Origin: Escherichia coli O55:H7
GTDB lineage: Bacteria; Pseudomonadota; Gammaproteobacteria; Enterobacterales; Enterobacteriaceae
Assembly (NCBI RefSeq): GCF_013167975.1
Contig: NZ_CP038386.1
Strand: one strand, 5' to 3'
DNA length: 32,000 nucleotides
Program-made: the position numbers and the translations under genes
The notes under the pieces: model-generated
Database searches by the model: none
Seen by the model: the letters and a program-made list of their open reading frames with translations, nothing else
What the model was told of the DNA's origin: nothing
Shown: in pieces, positions 24,229 through 32,000 of the stretch
Layout: each line of letters starts with the position of its first letter
Position numbering within the stretch: position 1 is the first letter of the stretch

Positions 24229-24576
24229 GTGGAAGAAGAAATCTTCACTCGTGAAGAGGCTGCGTCGTATCTGAAGGTAGACAAAGGCACTATCACGCAG
24301 TGGATACGAAGTGGACGACTTCAGGCCGCAAAGATAAATCCAGATAAACCTAAAAGCCCATATCGCATTTGCAAGTCAGACTGCATTGCGGCGCTTAAGT
24401 CTGTGAGACACAATAGCGCGGTGAATGCGGTTGATGTGCAGGAGGTTAAAGCATGTCAATCAAACTGCGCGGTGGCACATGGCACTGCGATTTCGTCGCG
24501 CAAGATGGATCAAGAGTTAGACGCTCTCTTGAAACATCGGACAAAAGGCAAGCGCAAGAACTTCACGATCGTCTGA
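24229..24576 (+). CDS. xis: Excisionase-family HTH protein (Xis candidate)
   Basis: FTREEAASYLKVDKGTITQWIRSGRLQAAKI is an excisionase/MerR-type HTH. A GTG at 24229 lies 7 nt after GGAG (the track ATG at 24157 has no RBS). The 3' end overlaps int by 124 nt. The length of ~115 aa is similar to P22 Xis. Confidence 0.6.
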   Translation: MEEEIFTREEAASYLKVDKGTITQWIRSGRLQAAKINPDKPKSPYRICKSDCIAALKSVRHNSAVNAVDVQEVKACQSNCAVAHGTAISSRKMDQELDALLKHRTKGKRKNFTIV

Positions 24577-25613
24577 AAGCAGAGGCGTGGAGAGTAAAAA
24601 ATCTCGGGGAATCGCCGAAAAAGCTATTCAAGGAAGCCTGCATACGGTGGCTGCGTGAGAAATCGGATAAGAAGTCCATTGATGATGACAAGAGCATTAT
24701 ATCGTTCTGGATGTTGCACTTCAGAGAAACCATTCTCTCTGACATAACAACAGAAAAAATAATGGAGGCGGTAGACGGGATGGAAAACCGCCGCCATCGC
24801 CTGAACTGGGAGATGAGCCGGGACAGGTGTTTGCGGCTTGGCAAGCCAGTGCCGGAGTATAAACCAAAGCTGGCAAGCAAAGGAACGAAGACGCGGCATC
24901 TGGCAATACTTCGCGCTATTCTCAATATGGCTGTTGAATGTGGATGGCTTGACAGGGCGCCAAAAATATCAACACCACGCGTTAAGAATGGACGAATCAG
25001 ATGGCTTACAGAGGAGGAATCGAAGCGCCTGTTTGCAGAAATTGCTCCTCATTTCTTCCCTGTGGTCATGTTCGCAATCACTACAGGTCTTCGCCGCTCC
25101 AACGTTACAGACCTTGAGTGGTCACAGGTCGATCTGGATAAGAAAATGGCATGGATGCACCCTGATGAAACAAAAGCTGGCAATGCGATCGGAGTTCCTC
25201 TTAACGAAACCGCATGCCAGATATTAAGAAAACAGCAGGGGCTCCATAAGAGATGGGTATTTGTCCACACCAAACCTGCCTACCGAAGCGACGGAACAAA
25301 AACAGCAGCGGTAAGGAAGATGAGAACCGACAGCAACAAGGCATGGAAAGGAGCGTTAAAGCGGGCAGGCATTAGCAACTTCCGCTTCCATGACCTGAGG
25401 CATACCTGGGCAAGCTGGCTGGTTCAGTCCGGTGTCTCTCTTCTTGCACTTAAAGAGATGGGAGGATGGGAAACTCTCGAAATGGTTCAAAGATACGCCC
25501 ACCTTTCAGCCGGGCATCTCACCGAGCACGCGAGCAAAATCGATGCGATTATAAGTCGCAATGGCACAAATACGGCACAAGAGGAGAACGTGGTTTACTT
25601 AAATGCGAGGTAA
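24453..25613 (+). CDS. int: Tyrosine integrase, P22 Int-like (thrW-specific)
   Basis: 386 aa. KRQAQELHD...WRV..LG, HKRWVFVHTK, AVRKMRTDS and FRFHDLRHTWASWLVQSGV...L.EMGGWE..EMV.RYAHL are colinear with recalled P22 Int. It lies adjacent to thrW. Confidence 0.9.
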   Translation: MSIKLRGGTWHCDFVAQDGSRVRRSLETSDKRQAQELHDRLKAEAWRVKNLGESPKKLFKEACIRWLREKSDKKSIDDDKSIISFWMLHFRETILSDITTEKIMEAVDGMENRRHRLNWEMSRDRCLRLGKPVPEYKPKLASKGTKTRHLAILRAILNMAVECGWLDRAPKISTPRVKNGRIRWLTEEESKRLFAEIAPHFFPVVMFAITTGLRRSNVTDLEWSQVDLDKKMAWMHPDETKAGNAIGVPLNETACQILRKQQGLHKRWVFVHTKPAYRSDGTKTAAVRKMRTDSNKAWKGALKRAGISNFRFHDLRHTWASWLVQSGVSLLALKEMGGWETLEMVQRYAHLSAGHLTEHASKIDAIISRNGTNTAQEENVVYLNAR

Positions 25614-25627
25614 CTTATTGATTTAAG

Positions 25628-25703
25628 TGGTGCCGATAATAGGAGTCGAACCTACGACCTTCGCATTACGAATGCGCTGCTCTACCAACTGAGCTATATC
25701 GGC
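25628..25703 (-). tRNA. thrW: tRNA-Thr (CGU) thrW, prophage attachment target
   Basis: The reverse complement is GCCGATATAGCTCAGTTGGTAGAGCAGCGCATTCGTAATGCGAAGGTCGTAGGTTCGACTCCTATTATCGGCACCA, which matches E. coli thrW. Confidence 0.95.
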
Positions 25704-25817
25704 CCTGAAAGGACATGTTCACGAACGTGAATCACGGTGGACAAGGTTAAAACTAACCGGGCGATGCGTCAATGGCCTTGTGAATCAAACGGCTACTTTT
25801 GCATCACCCGGTTTTAT

Positions 25818-27071
25818 TTACGCACGAATGGTGTAATCACCAATGCCGATCCACTTGTAAGTGGTCAGTGCTTCCAGCCCCATTGGGCCACGCGCGTGGA
25901 GTTTTTGTGTGCTTACCGCCACTTCCGCACCCAGTCCAAACTGGCCGCCGTCGGTAAAACGCGTAGAGGCGTTAACGTAAACAGCGGACGAATCCACTTC
26001 GTTAATAAAACGCTGGGCGTTGCGCATATCGCGGGTCAGGATCGCATCGGAGTGTTGCGTGCCGTGTTCACGAATATGGGCGATGGCATCGTCAAGATCG
26101 CTGACGATTTTGACGTTCAAATCTAATGACAGAAACTCATCGTCATACTCTTCGGCTTTAACCGCCACCACCTTCGCAGGGCCTGTCTGCAACTGCGCCA
26201 GCGCAGATGCATCTGCGTGTAACGTCACGCCGCTTTCCGCCATTTGTTTGCTTAATGCGGGCAGGAAGCTATAGGCGATGTTTTTATTCACCAGCAACGT
26301 TTCTACCGTATTACATGTGCTCGGACGCTGAGTTTTCGCATTGACGATTACTTTCAGGGCTTCAGCAATCTCTGCACTTTCATCAACATAAATATGGCAT
26401 ACGCCTATACCACCTGTGATCACCGGGATCGTCGACTGCTCGCGGCACAGTTTATGCAAACCAGCCCCGCCGCGCGGGATCAGCATGTCGATGTATTTAT
26501 CCATACGCAGCATTTCACTGACCAGCGCACGGTCAGGATTATCAATCGCCTGCACGGCACCCGCCGGTAAGCCACAGGATTTCAGGGCGTCCTGAATCAC
26601 CACCACCGTTGCCGCGTTAGTGCGACAGGTTTCTTTGCCACCACGCAGGATCACCGCGTTACCGGTTTTCAGGCACAGCGAAGCGACATCAACCGTCACG
26701 TTCGGGCGCGCTTCATAAATCACGCCAATAACCCCCAGCGGTACGCGACGACGCTCAAGACGCAGGCCGCTGTCCAGTACGCCGCCATCGATTACCTGCC
26801 CCACTGGATCGGCGAGGTTGCACACCTGACGTACATCGTCGGCAATGCCTTTCAGCCGTGCGGGCGTCAGTGCCAGACGGTCAAGCATCGCTTCGCTAAG
26901 GCCATTGGCTCGCGCGTCAGCAACATCCTGGGCGTTAGCGTTGAGGATGATTTCGCTTTGTGCTTCCAGTTCATCGGCGATTTTTTCCAGCACGCGATTT
27001 TTTTCGCGGCTGGAGAGTTGCGCTAATTTATACGAGGCTTGCTTCGCGGCAATGCCCATTTGTTCCAGCAT
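25818..27071 (-). CDS. proA: Gamma-glutamyl phosphate reductase
   Basis: The 417-aa [38 protein letters not shown]... matches E. coli ProA. Confidence 0.97.
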   Translation of the reverse strand: MLEQMGIAAKQASYKLAQLSSREKNRVLEKIADELEAQSEIILNANAQDVADARANGLSEAMLDRLALTPARLKGIADDVRQVCNLADPVGQVIDGGVLDSGLRLERRRVPLGVIGVIYEARPNVTVDVASLCLKTGNAVILRGGKETCRTNAATVVVIQDALKSCGLPAGAVQAIDNPDRALVSEMLRMDKYIDMLIPRGGAGLHKLCREQSTIPVITGGIGVCHIYVDESAEIAEALKVIVNAKTQRPSTCNTVETLLVNKNIAYSFLPALSKQMAESGVTLHADASALAQLQTGPAKVVAVKAEEYDDEFLSLDLNVKIVSDLDDAIAHIREHGTQHSDAILTRDMRNAQRFINEVDSSAVYVNASTRFTDGGQFGLGAEVAVSTQKLHARGPMGLEALTTYKWIGIGDYTIRA

Positions 27072-27082
27072 CAGCCTGCTCC

Positions 27083-28186
27083 TTAACGGGTGATCATGTC
27101 ATCACGGTGAACGGCAACCGGGCCGTATTCATATCCCAGTATTGCATCAATTTCTTGCGAGTGGTGTCCGGCAATACGGCGTAATGCATCGCTGTTGTAA
27201 CGACTGACGCCGTGGGCGATATCGCGACCTTCGAGGTTACAAATGCGGATGACTTCACCACGCGAGAAGTTGCCAGTCACGCTTTTAATGCCTTTCGGCA
27301 ACAGGGAGCTGCCGCGTTCAAGAATGGCGGCGGTTGCCCCTTCATCTACCGTGATTTCACCCGCAGGCGGCGCACCGAAAATCCAGCGTTTACGGTTTTC
27401 AAGCGGAGTCGCCTGGGCATGGAACAGCGTACCGACGGAAATGCCTTCCATCACATCACCAATAACGCCCGGCTTGCTGCCCGCGGCAATAATGGTGTCG
27501 ATACCCGCACGGCAAGCCACGTCAGCGGCCTGCAATTTGGTACTCATGCCGCCAGTTCCGAGGCCTGAAACGCTGTCACCAGCAATCGCGCGCAGTGCGT
27601 CATCAATGCCGTAAACATCTTTAATCAGTTCTGCCTGCGGATTGCTGCGCGGGTCAGCGGTATACAAACCTTTTTGATCGGTCAGTAACAACAGTTTATC
27701 GGCACCCGCCAGAATCGCCGCCAGTGCAGAAAGGTTGTCGTTATCGCCGACTTTAATCTCTGCCGTAGCGACAGCATCGTTCTCATTGATTACCGGAACG
27801 ATATTGTTATCGAGCAACGCACGCAGGGTGTCGCGGGCGTTCAGGAAGCGTTCACGGTCTTCCATATCAGCACGAGTCAGCAGCATTTGCCCGACGTGAA
27901 TGCCATAAATCGAAAACAGCTGTTCCCACAGTTGAATCAGTCGACTCTGCCCTACCGCCGCCAGCAGTTGTTTCGAGGCGATAGTCGCTGGCAGTTCCGG
28001 GTAACCCAGGTGCTCACGTCCGGCGGCGATCGCGCCCGACGTCACAATAACAATCCGATGCCCGGCGGCATGTAACTGCGCGCACTGGCGAACAAGTTCA
28101 ACGATATGGGCACGGTTCAGGCGGCGCGATCCGCCTGTTAGCACACTGGTGCCGAGTTTTACCACCAGCGTCTGGCTGTCACTCAT
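27083..28186 (-). CDS. proB: Glutamate 5-kinase
   Basis: The 367 aa from [34 protein letters not shown] match E. coli ProB. The track ORF carries a 29-codon upstream extension. Confidence 0.97.
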
Positions 28187-28374
28187 GATTCTCTGCCATT
28201 CAATTTTAGGAAAAATGATATCAAACGAACGTTTTAGCAGGACTGTCGTCGGTTGCCAACCATCTGCGAGCAAAGCATGGCGTTTTGTTGCGCGGGATCA
28301 GCAAGCCTAGCGGCAGTTGTTTACGCTTTTATTACAGATTTAATAAATTACCACATTTTAAGAATATCATTAAT

Positions 28375-28392
28375 CTGTAATATATCTTTAAC
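28375..28392 (+). promoter_or_regulatory. Pho box of the phoE promoter
   Basis: ctgtaatatatctttaac resembles the PhoB-box consensus CTGTCATA-A/T-A-T/A-CTGTCAC. It lies ~80 nt upstream of phoE. Confidence 0.7.
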
Positions 28393-28473
28393 AATCTCAG
28401 GTTAAAAACTTTCCTGTTTTCAACGGGGCTCTCCCGCAGAATATTCGCGCGTTAATTAAAATCAGGAATGAAA

Positions 28474-29529
28474 ATGAAAAAGAGCACTCTGGCATTAGTG
28501 GTGATGGGCATTGTGGCATCTGCATCCGTACAGGCCGCAGAAATATATAACAAAGACGGTAATAAACTGGATGTCTATGGCAAAGTTAAAGCCATGCATT
28601 ATATGAGTGATAACGACAGTAAAGATGGCGACCAGAGTTATATCCGTTTTGGTTTTAAAGGCGAAACACAAATTAACGATCAACTGACTGGTTATGGTCG
28701 TTGGGAAGCGGAGTTTGCCGGAAATAAAGCGGAGAGTGATACTGCACAGCAAAAAACGCGTCTCGCTTTTGCCGGATTGAAGTATAAAGATTTGGGTTCT
28801 TTCGACTATGGCCGTAACCTGGGCGCGTTGTATGACGTGGAAGCCTGGACCGATATGTTCCCGGAATTTGGTGGCGACTCCTCGGCGCAGACCGACAACT
28901 TTATGACCAAACGCGCCAGCGGTCTGACGACGTATCGGAACACCGACTTCTTCGGCGTTATCGATGGCCTGAACTTAACCCTGCAATATCAAGGGAAAAA
29001 CGAAAACCGCGACGTTAAAAAGCAAAACGGCGATGGCTTCGGCACGTCATTGACATATGACTTTGGCGGCAGCGATTTCGCCATTAGTGGGGCCTATACC
29101 AACTCAGATCGCACCAACGAGCAGAACCTGCAAAGCCGTGGCACAGGCAAGCGTGCAGAAGCTTGGGCTACAGGTCTGAAATACGATGCCAATAATATTT
29201 ATCTGGCAACTTTTTATTCTGAAACACGCAAAATGACGCCAATAACTGGCGGCTTTGCCAATAAGACACAGAACTTTGAAGCGGTCGCTCAATACCAGTT
29301 TGACTTTGGTCTGCGTCCATCGCTGGGTTATGTCTTATCGAAAGGGAAAGATATTGAAGGTATCGGTGATGAAGATCTGGTCAATTATATCGATGTCGGG
29401 GCTACATATTATTTCAACAAAAATATGTCAGCGTTTGTTGATTATAAAATCAACCAACTGGATAGCGATAACAAATTGAATATTAATAATGATGATATTG
29501 TCGCGGTTGGCATGACCTATCAGTTTTAA
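28474..29529 (+). CDS. phoE: Phosphoporin PhoE
   Basis: [47 protein letters not shown]... and the C-terminal ...VAVGMTYQF match E. coli PhoE. Confidence 0.97.
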   Translation: MKKSTLALVVMGIVASASVQAAEIYNKDGNKLDVYGKVKAMHYMSDNDSKDGDQSYIRFGFKGETQINDQLTGYGRWEAEFAGNKAESDTAQQKTRLAFAGLKYKDLGSFDYGRNLGALYDVEAWTDMFPEFGGDSSAQTDNFMTKRASGLTTYRNTDFFGVIDGLNLTLQYQGKNENRDVKKQNGDGFGTSLTYDFGGSDFAISGAYTNSDRTNEQNLQSRGTGKRAEAWATGLKYDANNIYLATFYSETRKMTPITGGFANKTQNFEAVAQYQFDFGLRPSLGYVLSKGKDIEGIGDEDLVNYIDVGATYYFNKNMSAFVDYKINQLDSDNKLNINNDDIVAVGMTYQF

Positions 29530-29536
29530 TGATTAT

Positions 29537-29559
29537 TGCCGGATGTGATGCATCCGGCA
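29537..29559. terminator. Hairpin shared by the convergent phoE and crl genes
   Basis: tgccggatg-tgatg-catccggca forms a perfect 9-bp stem between the two stop codons. The T-tracts are weak. Confidence 0.5.
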
Positions 29560-29567
29560 CATTTCAC

Positions 29568-30026
<459 letters not shown>

Positions 30027-31271
30027 TTAACACAAGCGTTTTTCGATCCAGTCGGTGATTTCCTGAAGACCTTTGTCAAAATTCCGATACACCGGGTTAA
30101 ATGGGATCTCTAATAATTTACCGTCAGCAGATGATGAGGTGATTAAGCGTGAGTCCTCTTCCGGGCTGAACGGATCGTTCTTCCAGTAGCCTGATAACAT
30201 TGGCGTTGGGCATCGACGTCCCAGCAATCCTTGCACTTTTAATGAATAGCGATTCAGCTCCACGCGCAACGCTTCGTCGGAAGCATCATGCATCCCCAAA
30301 CGACTCGCCAGAACGTCAAGATACATTTCCGGCACCTGTTGCTGGCACTTAAAATCACTCAACAGGGTATGAACTACCGGACCAAGACAGGCAACCGCTT
30401 TCAGACGCGGCGATTCAAGATATGCCAGACGCACGGCAACGTTAGCGCCGAAACGGAAACCAAAGGCCGCGACGCGAGTGTGATCCACCCACGGTACGTT
30501 AGGCAGAGCCTTTAAGACGCGCTGATGCAACAGGCTGGAGTCCTGGGTGAGCTTCCATTTTGAAGAAAAGCCCACCGACGGCATATCAATAGTCAGCATC
30601 GCAATGCCGCGCGGCGCAAAATAACGTTCATACAGGCTGTAATAGTCCGTCTGCATCGCATCCAGACCACCACACATTAATACCGTCGGGAACGGGCCAT
30701 CGCCTTTCGGCATATGCAAAAAGCCGGTGATGGGCGCACCGCCGGGTACGGTAAACTCCATCTGCCGCATCGTGCCCGGTAGACGCTGAGCGGCCTCTTC
30801 ATAGGCGCGGTTTGACAAAGCCTGCGCTTGCTCGGCCAGGTCATCTCCTTTCAGATGAGGATAGGCGGCAATGTTGTACAACGTAGCCGCATGCAGCCAG
30901 TGACGACCACTGAGTTGCGGATCTTCTTCCGCACAGGCTTTTTGTTGCCACACCATCGCCTGGGTGGCCCACTCATAAATCCAGTTGCCGCCACGGTAGC
31001 CAATCACCGTATCGTATAAATCATCGTCGGTACGTTCGGCATCGCTCATCACAATACGTGCCTGGACGTCGAGGATTTCGCGTGGGTCAATGCCGCGCCA
31101 GATCCACATCAGACGGTTAATCATGCGATACCAGTGAGGGATGGTTTTACCATCAAGGGCCGACTGCACAGGCGGTTGTGCGCCGTGATTAAAGCGGCGG
31201 ACTAGCGTCGAGGTTTCAGGATGTTTAAAGCGGGGTTTGAACAGGGTTTCGCTCAGGTTTGCCTGTGTCAT
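30027..31271 (-). CDS. frsA: Esterase FrsA (fermentation/respiration switch protein)
   Basis: The 414-aa [60 protein letters not shown]... matches E. coli FrsA. Confidence 0.97.
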   Translation of the reverse strand: MTQANLSETLFKPRFKHPETSTLVRRFNHGAQPPVQSALDGKTIPHWYRMINRLMWIWRGIDPREILDVQARIVMSDAERTDDDLYDTVIGYRGGNWIYEWATQAMVWQQKACAEEDPQLSGRHWLHAATLYNIAAYPHLKGDDLAEQAQALSNRAYEEAAQRLPGTMRQMEFTVPGGAPITGFLHMPKGDGPFPTVLMCGGLDAMQTDYYSLYERYFAPRGIAMLTIDMPSVGFSSKWKLTQDSSLLHQRVLKALPNVPWVDHTRVAAFGFRFGANVAVRLAYLESPRLKAVACLGPVVHTLLSDFKCQQQVPEMYLDVLASRLGMHDASDEALRVELNRYSLKVQGLLGRRCPTPMLSGYWKNDPFSPEEDSRLITSSSADGKLLEIPFNPVYRNFDKGLQEITDWIEKRLC

Positions 31272-31362
31272 GGATGCAGCCTCCAGAATACTTACTGGAA
31301 ACTATTGTAACTCGCCTGAAGTTAAAAAGAACAACGCCCGGCAGTGCCAGGCGTTGAAAAGA

Positions 31363-31821
31363 TTAGCGACCGGAGATTGGCGGGACGAATACGACGCCCA
31401 TATCCCACGGCTGTTCGATCCAGGTATCTTGCGGGATATCAACAACATAATCATCAACCAGCGGACGACCAGCCGGTTTTGCAAAGATGGTGACAAAGTG
31501 CGCTTTTGGATACATTTCACGAATCGCAACCGCAGTACCACCGGTATCCACCAGGTCATCAATAACGATGAAGCCTTCGCCATCGCCTTCTGCGCGTTTC
31601 AGCACTTTAAGCTCGCGCTGGTTGTCGTGATCGTAGCTGGAAATACAAACGGTATCGACATGACGAATACCCAGTTCACGCGCCAGTAACGCACCCGGTA
31701 CCAGACCGCCACGGCTTACGGCAATAATGCCTTTCCATTGTTCAGAAGGCATCAGTCGGCTTGCGAGTTTACGTGCATGGATCTGCAACATGTCCCAGGT
31801 GACGATGTATTTTTCGCTCAT
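31363..31821 (-). CDS. gpt: Xanthine-guanine phosphoribosyltransferase
   Basis: The 152-aa [65 protein letters not shown]... matches E. coli Gpt. Confidence 0.97.
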
Positions 31822-32000
31822 GTGAAGTGTCCCAGCCTGTTTATCTACGGCTTAAAAAGTGTTCGAGGGGAAAATAGGTTGCGCGAGATTATAGAGATCT
31901 GGCGCACTAAAAACCAGTATTTCACATGAGTCCGCGTCTTTTTACGCACTGCCTCTCCCTGACGCGGGATAAAGTGGTATTCTCAAACATATCTCGCAAG

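Noticed and set aside
28187-28273. 29-codon upstream extension of proB, and the upstream ATG of phoE at 28468
   Set aside because: The known E. coli ProB (MSDSQTLVV...) and PhoE ([10 protein letters not shown]...) N-termini correspond to the internal starts.
31237-31689. 150-aa + strand ORF opposite gpt, and a 93-aa alternate-frame ORF
   Set aside because: They are antisense or alternate-frame to the fully conserved gpt gene.

Overview
The window holds about 25.7 kb of a lambdoid mosaic prophage (1 to ~25675, continuing past the left edge). It is integrated into tRNA-Thr(CGU) thrW. Conserved Escherichia coli core genes follow: proA, proB, phoE, crl, frsA, gpt. All protein and site identifications rest on my recollection of lambda, 434, 21, P22, Stx-phage and E. 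coli K-12 sequences; no database was searched.

Prophage order, left to right on the + strand:
- Minus strand: lambda-like head and packaging genes (E', D, C/Nu3, a portal fragment, a truncated terminase large subunit, Nu1) and cos.
- A small accessory cassette: a ribbon-helix-helix (RHH) protein and a PerC-like regulator.
- Lysis genes: lambda Rz/Rz1 with a phage-21-type SAR endolysin and pinholin.
- An Stx-phage-style late region without toxin genes: nanS-p esterase, a small ORF, three tRNAs, tR', pR' and a QuuD/933W-type Q.
- The nin region: phosphatase, ninG, ninF, ninE, an orphan Dam-type methylase, ninB.
- ren, P, O with the ori iterons, cII, and oop antisense to cII on the + strand.
- The phage 434 immunity region: cro, OR1-3, cI, OL1-3.
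- Plus strand: N, orf28, ral, cIII, kil, gam, bet, exo, orf61/63/60a, orf73 (TraR-like), an Ea22-like gene, a DUF550 gene, an orphan ORF, xis and a P22-type int. sieB sits between N and orf28 on the minus strand.

I found no convincing new multi-gene system. The observations most worth following up are:
- an out-of-frame terminase-portal deletion that should make the prophage packaging-defective;
- a lambda-identical cosN next to a re-targeted cosB and Nu1 N-terminus;
- two diverged tandem TTGACA-plus-terminator modules antisense to the late operon, and a structured leader upstream of the holin;
- pR' embedded in the end of Q, with tR' only ~45 nt downstream;
- an unusual, partly degenerate Asn-Thr-Gly tRNA trio;
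- a secreted 134-aa protein translationally coupled to 434 cI at the rex position;
- several uncharacterised small ORFs.
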